From NCBI GenBank assembly GCA_951406725.2, contig OX597820.1, forward strand, positions 16,678,001 through 16,742,000: a DNA stretch of 64,000 nucleotides, written 5' to 3'. Shown here one piece after another: positions 1 through 11,957 of this stretch (position 1 is its first letter; the number at the start of each line of letters is the position of its first letter). The stretch is from Octopus vulgaris. Its lineage: Eukaryota. Made by a program: the position numbers and the translations under genes. The notes beneath the pieces are model-generated. The model did no database searches. It saw only the letters and a program-made list of their open reading frames with translations, and was not told the origin of the DNA.

Positions 1-220
1 TGCTTGACAACCGGTGTTGGTTTGTTTATGTCCCCATAGCTTAGTGGTTTTAGCATTAAAGACTGATAGATACCAGACTTGAAAAAATAATAAGTACTGG
101 GGTTGATTTGTTTGACCGCAACCCTTCAAGTTGGTGCCCCAACGTAGCTGCAGTCCAATGAATGAAGCAAATTAAAGATAAAGGATTAACTGTTTTGCCT
201 GTCTACCTAAGTCTCCCTCC

Positions 221-272
<52 letters not shown>

Positions 273-841
273 CTGTTCCTGAAAGTATGTATTTTGTTCT
301 CCTAAAGTAGAAAGGAAAGGAAAATTACTTTAGAATTAGTGGGTCATTTTCAGTCATACTGTAGAGAGGGACAGGGGGGGGGAGAAGAGAGAGAGAGAGA
401 GAGAGAGGTGAGAGAAAAATATGTGTGTGTATAATAATAATAATAATAATAATAATTATAGTAAATGTGAAATTCTGTCCATCCATCCGGGACCCTTGTA
501 TTTCAGTCTACATTTACTCTATATAGACATATTATACCTTTTTGGAACCAAGACAATCCCAAGATTGAAAATCTGCCCTTCATTTGGTTCTTGAACATCC
601 AGCATTGGGATCAGGTCTGGACGAGAATTTGTCATATGCCAACAGTTGGAAATTCAAATTTTAAAAGAACTCCCAAAATTTGTGAATTTACAAGTTTTAC
701 ATTTAAACTGAATTTAAAGTAATACCATATTGGTAGGGTACCAATGAATACTTTCTTATTAACTGCTCACCCTAGTTTTGGGCTGCAGGACCAATTAGCC
801 CACTGCAGGAGCTAGCAGGAGTGCGGCTTCGTTAGCTAGTA

Positions 842-885
<44 letters not shown>

Positions 886-887
<2 letters not shown>

Positions 888-1291
888 CACAGGAGTGGCT
901 GTGTCGTAAGTAGCTTGCTAACCAACCACATGGTTCCGGGTTCAGTCCCACTGCGTGGTATCTTGGGCAAGTGTCTTCTGCTATAACCCCAGGCTGACCA
1001 ATGCCTTGTGAGTGGATCTGGTAGACGGAAACTGAAAGAAGCCTGTCGTATATATGTATATACATATGCGTGTGTGTGTTTGTGTGTCTGTGTTTGTCCC
1101 CCTAGCATTGCTTGACAACCGATGCTGGTGTGCTTATGTCCCCGTCACTTAGTGGTTCGGCAAAAGAGACCGAAAGAATAAGTACTGGGCTTACAAAGAA
1201 TAAGTCCCGGAGTCGATTTGCTTGACTAAAGGCGGTGCTCCAGCATGGCCGCAGTCAAATGACTGAAACAAGTAAAAGAGTAAAGAAAGAG
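886..1291 (+). mobile_element. SINE family A, full length (tRNA-like head, CORE-like TTGGGCAAG segment, internal microsatellite, GTAAAAGA tail)
   Basis: Near-identical to many other copies in the window (e.g. 41311-41710, 63396-63793). Confidence 0.9.
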
Positions 1292-1310
1292 TATATATAT
1301 GTTACATATA

Positions 1311-2574
1311 TTGGGCCATCCCATAAATAATGTGGGTTTTTTTATACTTCTTTTATTTTTCAAAATTAAGATAAACAGAGTTCTTTTCTAATCTAAAATA
1401 CACTCTCCTTCATTTTCTACAATGCTCTTCCATCTATCCGATAGACTTGCAAGGCCCCTCTTTCAAAATTCACTTGTCCGTGACAAAAAATACTCCTCCA
1501 GTACTGTTCTGACCTTGTCTACAGAATTCATATTTTTTCCATCGAAATGATTTTGAAAACTGTGGAATAAATGATAATCAGGTGGGGCAATGTCCGGCGA
1601 TTTTGATGGGTGGGGTATCTTTTCTCATTCAAACTGTTCCAGCCTTTGGAATGTCATCCTTGCTGTATGTGGCTGAGCATTATCCTAATGGAAGAACACC
1701 CTCCATCTTGAGACCAAAAATGGTTGTTTTTCTTTTAGCACTGACTGAAGCCGCTCAAGCTGCTTGCAGCAGATCTCCTTTGTTATCGTTTGGTTTGGCT
1801 TTAAAAGTTCAAAGTGAACTAAACCTTTCATATCCCACTAAACAGATAACTACACCTACCATGGGTGAAGGCCTTCTTTAGCCTGGGGTGCCAGTGTGTC
1901 TCTATTCCCTACCTACTGTTTTGACATTTTTAGTGAGAACCCATTTCTCGTCACCAGTCACTATTCGGTCCAAAAATGGTTCATTCATGAGACGTGAAGG
2001 CAAAGAAGAGCACGCATTCATTCTCTGTGTGTAATTAGACTTGGAAAGTTTGTGAAGAACCCATTCACCCAATTTGCTGACTTTTCCGATGCCACGGTGT
2101 CGATGAATGGTTGAATGACCAAATCCAAGCTTCTTTGTTAGTTCCTCAACAGTTACATTGGGATTTTGTTCCACAAGGGTTTGCAGGATACCCTCATTGA
2201 GATCTACAGATCTTCCAGGACAAGGTTAATCTTCTAGGCTTTTGTTTCTGGAACCACTGTTGACACTGGCTTATGCTTATTATCCGATCCCCATATATTG
2301 CATTAATATTCCTCACACCTTCTGTTGTGTTGTTACCTTTATTGAATTCATAAAGCAAAATATACCAAATATGCTCCTTTGCCACTTCCATTATAGCTTT
2401 GAAAAAATAACTTAAAATCGAACTGCACTCTTCAAAACTTGCACTAAGAATAAGTACAAGGTAAAAATTACTACCTGCTTTTATAGCAAGTTGATGCAGG
2501 TAGTTTATCCCAATCCCCTCCAACTTTTAGTTCATGCAATCGAAAAAAAACTGCATTATTTATGGGATGACCCA

Positions 2575-2575
<1 letters not shown>
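1311..2575 (-). mobile_element. Full-length but decayed mariner transposon (Hsmar1/cecropia-like)
   Basis: TIRs TTGGG(C/T)CATCCCATAAATAATG at both ends with TA flanks; frameshifted transposase with EHIWYILLYEFNKG, KLGEWVLHKL, FLDRIVTGDEKWV. Confidence 0.9.
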
Positions 2576-2620
<45 letters not shown>

Positions 2621-2945
2621 TATGCTAGGTGTGCAATAAAATGAATGTGTTAGTTGTGATTCTTCACATTAGATGCCCTCTGCTGCACAACCCAGTGAGT
2701 TTCTGTGTGACCAATATAGGGTTATTTACGCTTCGTATTTCCACTTTGTTTTTATTGAGATAGAGAGAGAGAGAGAGAGGAGAGGAGAGAGGGAGACGGG
2801 GGAGTGGTAGGTGTGTTGGAGTTGAAACCCTGTCTTGTTTATTTCCCATTTTTTTTTTTGTTTTTTATTTTGGTTGCATTTTGATTTTCGAGTCATTGAA
2901 ATAATTAATAATTCCGTTTTGGCTTTTTTTTTTTTCTAATTGTAG

Positions 2946-3061
2946 TGCGGCATCAACAGCAGCAGCAGCAGCAGCAACAACAACAGCAACAACAGAACAG
3001 GATGCCCCTGCCATCTTCCCAAACGACCTTCAGTCAGCAACAGTTACGACACCTGCTGCAG
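2946..3061 (+). CDS. Internal coding exon of a polyQ protein (RHQ15NRMPLPSSQTTFSQQQLRHLLQ)
   Basis: Long T tract + ctaattgtAG acceptor (2944-2945); mixed CAG/CAA Gln codons; donor CAG|GTAATT at 3061/3062; ends in phase 0, compatible with the next exon. Confidence 0.8.
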
Positions 3062-3134
3062 GTAATTCTTTTTTTTTTTTTTTATTTTGGCCCCCACCAA
3101 ACCATTATTTTATTTATTCATTTATTTATATCAT

Positions 3135-3345
3135 CTTTTATTGGTTTCAGTCATAGGACTGTGGCCATGCTGGAGCACCACCTTTAGTCGAGCAAATCGA
3201 GCGCAGGACTTATTCTTTGTAAGCCTAGTACTTATTCTATCGGTCTCTTTTTTGCCGAAACGCTAAGGTACAGGGACGTAAACACACCACCATCGGTTGT
3301 CAAGCGATGTTGGGGGCACAAACACAGGCACACAAACATATACAC

Positions 3346-3411
<66 letters not shown>

Positions 3412-3573
3412 GACAGGCTTCTTTCAGTTTCCGTCTACCAACTCCACTCCCTAGGCTTTGGTCGGCCCGAGGCTATAGTAGAAGACTCTTGCCCAAGGTG
3501 CAACGCAGTAGGACTGAACCCGGAACCATGTGGTTGGTAAGCAAGCTACTTACCACACAGCCACTCCTACGCC
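3135..3573 (-). mobile_element. SINE family A, antisense, inside the intron of the polyQ gene
   Basis: Reverse complement of 886-1291. Confidence 0.9.
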
Positions 3574-3762
3574 TATATAACTTTAAAATAGGACCGTCGG
3601 GGCCCTTCGCTCGAAAGGTGGCTTAGTTTTAGAATGACGTTGTAGGGTAGGTGTGAGAGGCCAGTTATGGTCAGTTTGAATGCCAACCCGGGGTTAAAAA
3701 ACAAAATTTCAGTTTTTAACTGTTTTCCTTCTTCATCCTGACATCTCATTCCTGTATTGCAG

Positions 3763-3914
3763 CAGCAGCAGCAACAGCAGCAGCAGCAACAACAACAGCA
3801 GCAGCAGCAGCAACAGCAACAGCAGCACCAGCAGCCTAACCAACCGGCGGCACAACAAGCGGCCACCACGCAGCAGCAACACCACCACATGCGGCAGAAC
3901 CACATGCAGATGTT

Positions 3915-3977
<63 letters not shown>

Positions 3978-4125
3978 CCGCGTCCCGGTTTCTCAGTCGC
4001 ATAACGTGACGATGGGCTCAGCCCCAGGGCAACAGATGCCAGGGCCTCCGGGCATGGCACCCCCACCTTCAGGCATGCCTCAAACCGCAGGTCAGAACTA
4101 TGGTGAAGAGTTTGACCTGATGTAA
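3763..4125 (+). CDS. Probable terminal exon of the same polyQ/Pro-Gly-Met-rich protein (ends QNYGEEFDLM*); transcription-cofactor-like composition
   Basis: Pyrimidine tract and ttgCAG acceptor at 3760-3762, phase 0; GC-rich codon-like sequence; TAA at 4123-4125. An alternative weak donor CAG|GTCAGA at 4090/4091 cannot be excluded. Confidence 0.75.
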
Positions 4126-4161
4126 ACCTAATCTGACTGATATGATAATATCTTTAAACTA

Positions 4162-4175
4162 GTTGTCATGGCAAC
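4162..4175. promoter_or_regulatory. RFX X-box-like palindrome GTTGTCATGGCAAC
   Basis: Matches the GTHNYYATRRNAAC consensus; function untested. Confidence 0.3.
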
Positions 4176-4244
4176 TTGCCTAATTCCTCATCGCTTCCCA
4201 TCTAAACAACATTGATACTAATCCACACCCATCAATACATCACT

Positions 4245-4571
4245 GTGTATGTGTATATATATATGTATGTATATGTATGTATATATATGTATGTATATGT
4301 ATGTATATATGTATGTATATGTATGTATATATGTATGTATATGTATGTATATATATATGTATATGTATGTATATATATATGTATGTATATGTATGTATAT
4401 ATATATGTATGTATATGTATGTATATATATATGTATGTATGTATGTATATGTATATATATGTATGTATATGTATATATATGTATGTATATATATGTATAT
4501 ATGTATGTATATGTATGTATATATGTATATGTATGTATATATGTATATGTATGTATATATATATATGTATG

Positions 4572-4605
<34 letters not shown>

Positions 4606-4696
4606 TATGTATATGTATGTATATTTATGTATATATGTATATATATGTGTATGTATATGTATGTATATATATGTATGTATATTTATGTATATATGT

Positions 4697-4736
<40 letters not shown>

Positions 4737-4893
4737 GTATATGTATGTATGTATATGTGTATATGTATGTATGTATATGTATATATGTATATGTATGTAT
4801 ATATATGTATATATATGTATGTATATGTATATATATGTATGTATATGTATGTATATGTATGTATGTATGTATATGTATGTATATATATGTATG

Positions 4894-4964
<71 letters not shown>

Positions 4965-4979
4965 GTATATAAATGTATG

Positions 4980-5014
<35 letters not shown>

Positions 5015-5121
5015 GTATGTATGTATATATGTATGTATATGTATATATATAGATATGTATATGTATGTATATGTATGTATATATATATGTATGTATATAT
5101 ATATGTATATATATGTATATG

Positions 5122-5168
<47 letters not shown>

Positions 5169-5267
5169 GTTTCTATATGTATATATATGTATATATATGT
5201 ATGTATGTATATATATGTATATATATGTATGTATATGTATATATATGTATGTATATGTATATATATG

Positions 5268-5298
<31 letters not shown>

Positions 5299-5338
5299 AT
5301 GTATGTAGATATATATATATGTATGTATATGTATGTAG

Positions 5339-5419
<81 letters not shown>

Positions 5420-5458
5420 TATGTATGTATATATATGTATATATATGTGTATGTATAT

Positions 5459-5489
<31 letters not shown>

Positions 5490-5494
5490 TGTAT

Positions 5495-5525
<31 letters not shown>

Positions 5526-5621
5526 TGTATATATGTATATGTATGTATCTATGTATATGTATGTATGTGTATATAAATGTATATATATATATGTATATAT
5601 ATATGTATATATATAGATATA

Positions 5622-5664
<43 letters not shown>

Positions 5665-5700
5665 GTATACAAGAGCGTGTGTTTGTGTGTATATATATGT
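4245..5700. repeat. ~1.45 kb compound (TA)n/(TATG)n microsatellite
   Basis: Direct inspection; source of the spurious YI/MC-rich ORFs. Confidence 0.95.
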
Positions 5701-5837
5701 GGGTATAAATCTGTGTGTACATATCTGTTTGTGGCTAATACATGCACACACACATTTTCATATATATCATATATTTGTTTTATGTATATATATTATATAT
5801 ATATTTATTATATATCATGTATTATATACTTTATATA

Positions 5838-6085
5838 TTGGGCTGGTGTATAATTATTGCGGCTTTTTTTTTCTCAACAAATTTTATTCCACAAAAGCAA
5901 TAACAATATTTAACAAAAACCTCTTTAGATGAAGGTCTGACTGTCTGCCAAGCAAATGGGAAGCAGTAATTGAAGTAGATGGTGAATATGCTCCGGAATA
6001 ATCATTTAAAGATGTTTTTGTTAAATGTTGTTATTGTTTTTGTTGAATAGAATTTGTTGAAAAAAGTCACAATAATTATGCACAT
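5838..6085 (+). mobile_element. Mariner-derived MITE
   Basis: Long imperfect TIRs; centre encodes a transposase C-terminus (LPSKWEAVIEVDGEY); a related fragment lies at 17575-17709. Confidence 0.7.
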
Positions 6086-6715
6086 ATAGATAATATGCAT
6101 TATATCATCGTTGATACGTTATCTATATTACATATATAACATATATATACATCACATATAATATATATCATATATGATATATATATATATAATATATATA
6201 TGTATATGTATATATATATATTCATGTCATGTATGTCTTATGTTCTTTATGGAGATTGGATAAAGAAAACTCCATTATTTACTTTAATTTAATTTAATTT
6301 CTATTTCCGTTTCTATTGCCTTATTCTCTTATCACCCTTATTCTACCCCCACATCGTACCCTAACATCTCATGTCTACCCCCTTTGTTTAGTGTACATTA
6401 AATTGACCCCACTCCCAGCCAGGTATTTGTGCTCTTTTTTTTTTTTTTTTAATTTTCTAGCTCTAAGTACTCCCTTCTAAATTTAAATACTCCTGTTCAT
6501 TTAGCTTTAAGTACTCCTTTTCTTTTAGATTTCAAGTACATCTTTTTTTGTTTAGATTTAAACACCTCCTATTTTTTTTTTTATACTTCAGCTACTAAAT
6601 GCTTGTCAAATAAAAACAAGTCCCAAAAACCCAGAAACCAAATTTATGAAAGAAACAATGAAATATGAAGCAAACCATACAAAAAAATACAAAGAAAAAT
6701 ATTTAAAAATATCAA

Positions 6716-6747
<32 letters not shown>

Positions 6748-6944
6748 TTCACTCTATCAGTCAAAAGACTTTGTCTCAAAGAACTGTAACTGTATATTAC
6801 ATATAAGTTCATTAAAGTAAATTAAAGCCAAATTAAAAACAAATTATAAACAGCAATGCTTCGTTGACTATTTTTCTTAGGTGCGTGCGCGCACCTGTGT
6901 GTGAGTGACAGGTGAAGCGTGTAAGATATGTGTGTATAAATATC

Positions 6945-7176
6945 TATTTCTTTACTACCCACAAGGGGCTAAACACAGAAGGGACAAACAAGGACAGACA
7001 GACGGATTAAGTCGATTGTATTGACCGCAGTGCGTAACTGGTACTTATTTAATCGGCCCCGAAAGGATGAAAGGTAAAGTTGACCCCGGCGGAATTTGAA
7101 CTCAGAACTTAGCGTCAGACGAAATTCTGCTCAGCATTTAGCCCAGCATGCTAACGATTCTGCCAGCTCGCCTCCT
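6945..7176 (-). mobile_element. SINE family B (Meta-domain-like core CCTTTCATCCTTTCGGGG)
   Basis: Repeated at 14377, 35838, 36510, 38082, 49969. Confidence 0.85.
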
Positions 7177-7211
7177 TTGTGTGTATAAATATCGTTCTCT
7201 GCAAACTAATA

Positions 7212-7410
7212 CGAGGGATTGCTGAAAGGTTCCTGGCTTTAAGGGGGTTGTGGAAGAGTTTTTTTTTTCTTTACAGGGCTTACAGAAACTGAAGGACCAC
7301 GGCAGCAAGTTTGTGAATCTGAGAGGGGAACATGTTGAATAGAATCATAATTAACTGATCTTCCTGTAATTTCTTTTACTCAAACCCAGGAACTTTTAAG
7401 CACCCCATCG
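7212..7410 (+). mobile_element. Mariner (irritans/Hsmar2-like) MITE
   Basis: Termini CGAGGGATTGCTGAAAGGTTCCTGG / CCAGGAACTTTTAAGCACCCCATCG; homologues at 9975-10598 and 52533-52748. Confidence 0.65.
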
Positions 7411-7414
7411 CATT

Positions 7415-7940
7415 CTTTTGTCGCCAGGGGCACGGTTGAACTTAGATCCTTAAGTTAAATCTTTTGGATATTTTTCTTTGTCTACAAGCTTGCATAAAAT
7501 GTTTATCCACGTATCTAAGAATGGCCCTACCCACGCAAAATGAGAAAGAGGAAGGAAACCAGATGAGTTTGCGGTGGTGCTTTTAGGCCGAGCATGTAAG
7601 TAACGTGGTTGTTAGACCCACTGGGTGCCAAAACAGCGTTATAGTAGGAAGCCGCTGTGTTGAAGACCTCTTTACAGGAGGAGGTCCTAATTCTGACACC
7701 GTTTACAAGGTTTTTAAACCCTATAGGTAGGTGGTAAGAAATTGTTTGTATGATAGCCTCTCGTTTGGTTTACAATAAGGCCTGTCTGATTCTGTGCCTA
7801 AATCATGTGTTACGCCCAAGAAATTAACTACGGTTATGTTGGGCTCAAGAAAATTAAGGGTGTAGATCAGGTCTTTCTTGAACCGGTGCAGAGTGTCCCC
7901 TTTCACATCTCCAAAGACGTCATCTCTATATAAGCTAACT
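7415..7940 (-). pseudogene. Penelope-like element reverse transcriptase fragment
   Basis: Minus-strand translation gives VSLYRDDV...VVNFLGVT.DL...RPYCKPN and later RYVDKHF, typical PLE RT/thumb motifs; frameshifted. Confidence 0.75.
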
Positions 7941-7989
7941 TATAATGAAAAACTAAAGCAAAAAAAAAAAAAAAAAAGACAAGGTTTCT

Positions 7990-8212
7990 TTCTCGAGTCC
8001 TATGGACTCAAAAGGGCTGCTTTCCCGTAACATATTTTTCTCCCCTGGAATATGGGTCCGTTTTAGGATTACTCATTTCTGCCAGCTGAGTGGACTGTAG
8101 TAACGCGAAATGAAATGTTTTGCTCAAGAACACAATGCCTAGCCTGGTCTAGGAATTGAAACCACAATCTTACACTCACGAGTCGAATATCCTGACCACT
8201 AATCTATACGCC
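7990..8212 (-). mobile_element. SINE family C (tRNA-derived, CORE-like), diverged
   Basis: Reverse complement of the TGTGTTCTTGAGCAAAACA...CAGTCCACTCAGCTGG core seen at 42232-42738. Confidence 0.6.
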
Positions 8213-8243
8213 TCTGTCTATAACCGCGTTCAGAGATTTATTG

Positions 8244-8330
<87 letters not shown>

Positions 8331-9106
8331 TTATTCATATATTCGACGGGCTTCTTTCAGTTTCCCTCTACCAAATCCACTCACAAGATTGGTCGGCCCG
8401 AGGCTATAGTAGAAGACACTTGCCCAAGGTGCCACGCAGTGGGACCGAACCCGGAACCATGTGGTTCCTAAGCAAGCTACTTACCACATTTAGTACATAA
8501 AAAAATATACATGGTAACTTAATTTTGGGACACCTGTGTGTGCGTGCGTGTGTGTGTCTGTGCGCGTACGTGTGTGTGTGTGTGTGTGTGTGAAAGCTTT
8601 CTGCTTCTGTTTGTTCCCCAAACGAAGCCCCACCGCTTGACAACCGGTGTTTAATTCCCTATACCTTATCGGTTCGGCAAAAGATACCAATAGAATAAGA
8701 ACGAGACTTTAAGAAAAAATACTGGAGAGTGAACCTGTGCAGCTAGAAACCTATCAAGGCTGTGCCCCAGCATGGCCGCACCCGCTGCCTGAAAGAAGTA
8801 AAAGATAAAAGATACGTATATGAAATAATGAACAATTAACCTCAGCATTTCGCAGGTTTTATTTTCAAGGGACACAACTCTTATATTAAAGCCATGTTTT
8901 ATTTTTGAGTTATCTCCTCTTGCAATGGTGACTTCAAAAACGCTCAAAATTTACATTTTGAGATTCGTGCATGTAACTGATGGCTTATCTCTCGTCACTG
9001 GTCTTGTATCAAGAGAGACATAAAACTGAGTCATACATACGGAAAAATCGAAAGCTTGTGAACTATGGAGCGAAGATATTGTATATTAATTGGCATGTAT
9101 CGTATA

Positions 9107-9499
9107 CTAGCAGTATCGCCCGGCGTTGCTCGGGTTTGTTTCGACCCTTTAGAGTTGGAATTTTTGAAAAGTAATAATTTTGCATTATGTAGCTTGTTAT
9201 TCTCTTTAAGTGAACATTTATCTGGTTAAAATACACCGAAAAATGGCGACACAGCAGTAAAAAAATCGTAAAAAATAGGGATTTTCATAGAAACCCCCCC
9301 CACCTTTTTGATGTAAATAATTTTTGGTGTTAACATGGTCCAATTTGAATTTTATCTCCTACGGAATGAAGAGCAAGCCTTCTTCTATCATACTCTCAAT
9401 TTTGGTCAACTTTGCGCCGCAGGGTCTCGGAGGAGATAGTGTTTGTTGAAGGCTACCAAACCTGCCATACACAGACAACTTCAGCTTTATATATATAGA
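9107..9499 (-). mobile_element. Non-autonomous Helitron
   Basis: Minus strand 5'-TC...CCCGAGCAACGCCGGG hairpin...CTAG-3', inserted between A and T. Confidence 0.8.
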
Positions 9500-9669
9500 T
9501 TGTATAGATTAATGCTGGTTTACAGAGGGTCCTAGAATTTGAATAAAGCATATCGCAGAAGCAATACTAAACGTTCAATATTGCCCAACGAACAGCTGAG
9601 ATCAATAAAATCTGTCTGTTACCCTAGATTGCTTGCTACCTTGATAGATAGATATACATTGTATGTATA

Positions 9670-9965
9670 TCTTTATATATAAAAGTGAAGTTGTGTGTCT
9701 GTCTCCTACGATTTAGATTCCTAACTACTCCCACATTTTGCGGTGCAGTTTAACCAAATCCGGGTATCTTATAGTCGTGATTCATATCGAGCTCTTCTGG
9801 GTATTAGCGCGCATCTACGATGAGTCTATGATTAAAAAAAAAAATTACCATCATTTTTTTCCATTTTTAATGCATTTTTTTGCTATTTTTTTGTTATAAC
9901 ACTCTAAAAATTCTTATATAGTTATTTCCCTTACAAACCCGAGCAACGCCGGGCGATACTGCTCG
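9670..9965 (+). mobile_element. Non-autonomous Helitron
   Basis: 5' TCTTTATATATAAAAG; same 3' hairpin, terminal CTCG (mutated CTAG); homologous to 54810-55448. Confidence 0.75.
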
Positions 9966-9974
9966 TAATGTATA

Positions 9975-10280
9975 CAAGAGAGAGCTGAGAAGCTCTTGGC
10001 TTTAAGGGTATCACGAAAGGCCTGGATGAAGGGCCCAACCTCTTGAGTTCTTTTACAGGGCTTGGAAAACTGAAGGACTGCTGCAGTAAGTGTGTAAATC
10101 TGAGAGGGGGGATTAGGAGTGGCTGTGTGGTAAGTAGCTGGCTTACGAACCACATGGTTCCGGGTTCAGTCCTACTGCGTGGTACCTTGGGCAAGTGTCT
10201 TTTACTATAGCTTCAGGCCGACCAAAGCTTTGTGAGTGGATTTGGTAGACGGAAACTGAAAGAAGCCCGTCACATATATG

Positions 10281-10329
<49 letters not shown>

Positions 10330-10593
10330 GTGTGTGTGTTTGTGTGTCTGTCCCCCCAACATCGCTTGACAACTGATGCTGGTGTGTTTACGTTCCCGTA
10401 ACATTAGCGGTTCGGTAAAAGAGAGCGATAGAATAAGTACTAGGCTTACAAAGAATAAGTCCTGGGGTCGATTTGCTCAATCGACTAAAGGCGGTGCTCC
10501 AGCATGGCCACAGTCAAATGATTGAAACGAGTAAAAGAGTAAAAGTATAACTCTTCCTCCTGTATTTTCTTTTACCCAGAACCAGGAACTTTT

Positions 10594-10598
<5 letters not shown>
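9975..10598 (+). mobile_element. Mariner MITE interrupted by a SINE A copy (10115-10546)
   Basis: The two halves align to the 7212-7410 MITE on either side of a SINE A copy. Confidence 0.7.
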
Positions 10599-10636
<38 letters not shown>

Positions 10637-10659
10637 TATGCAAGTATATTAATATATAT

Positions 10660-10708
<49 letters not shown>

Positions 10709-10930
10709 TTGTGTATATACGTATATATCATATGCGTACAGACGCAGGAGTAGCTGTGTGGTAATAAGTTTGCTTCCCAACCACATGGTTCCGGGTTCAG
10801 TTCCACTGCGTTGTACCTTGGGCAAGTATCTTCTGCTATAGCTTCGGACAAACCAAAAACCCTATGAGTGAATTTAGTAGATGGAAACTGAAAGAGGTCC
10901 GTCGTATGTGTATGTACATATATATATATA

Positions 10931-11268
10931 CGAGAAAGAAGCAACAAGAATGGATTAGTTTTTAGTACAATTGTTTCATACAAAGACAGGCTTTATTACA
11001 AGTTGCAAAAATTGCAGCAGATAAAAGTGTCCCGTACTCATCAGCTAAAATACATATGAGTTCTCCAAACATCTTAGTGGGTGAGGCTATACTCATGAAG
11101 TATTGGAGATAATTTTATTAAAGGCAGATTTAGGTTGCAAACAGATTTCCAAAGTTCCTTAATGATGATGCACTTTTTCTGCTGCAATTTTTGCAACTTG
11201 TAATAAAGCCTGTCTTTGTATGAAACAATTGTACTAAAAACTAATCCATTCTTGTTGCTTCTTTCTCG
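10931..11268. repeat. Inverted repeat, arms 10931-11029 / 11171-11268
   Basis: Arms are near-perfect reverse complements; spacer starts with a minus-strand CTGATGAG. Confidence 0.9.
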
Positions 11269-11384
11269 TTTATAATCACCCCACATTACTGTATGGTTAA
11301 CACCATATAGTTTTCTGGTGCATCTAAGTTAAGTACCACATTCAAGTAAATTCATTGGAATCGACTTGAATCTTAATTGCTTTG

Positions 11385-11429
<45 letters not shown>

Positions 11430-11925
11430 GTATGTGTGTGTGTTTGTCTGTGTTTGTGCCGACCATCACCACTAGATAACCGGTGTTGGTGTGTTTACGT
11501 CCCTGTGAATTAACGGTTTGGCAAAAGACCACGATAGAATAAGTACGAGGCTTTAAAAGAAGGTACTGGGGTCGATTCATTCGACAAAAAAAATTCAAGG
11601 CGGTGCCCCAGCATGGCCGCAATCCAGTGACTTAAACAGGTAAAAGATAAAAGATATACTTTATATATACACACAGACACAGACACACACACATGTATAT
11701 ATATATATGGTAAATGTTTTTTAAATTTTCTCCTGGTTTACGGAATTAATTTTTATTTGCGGTTGAAGCTTTGGCTGTTATTTCTAGTGGGTGAGTGGCC
11801 TATTATGGCCGTTCCTTGATTGTTGATGTTGAACTTAAAAATGGTCTATGACTATTTAATTTTTTCCCACTAGGCCGCTGGTGGCAAAAGAATTCTACAA
11901 AATTTTTTTTGCCACCCTATATTGA

Positions 11926-11957
<32 letters not shown>

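Noticed and set aside
832-1108. Recurrent ORFs such as RRHLPKVPRSGTEPGTMW / AIVEDTCPRCHAVGLNPEPCGW suggesting a multigene family
   Set aside because: Antisense translations of SINE A; no protein-level constraint visible
4212-5932. Long ORFs up to 454 aa (YI/MC/VC-rich), and similar ORFs at 28223, 46754, 51481, 56364, 61628
   Set aside because: Translations of (TA)n, (TATG)n or (GATA)n microsatellites that lack stop codons by composition
9107-9965. Apparent TIR element with ~32-bp inverted termini
   Set aside because: Better explained as two divergently oriented Helitrons sharing the same 3' end; each has its own 5' TC terminus
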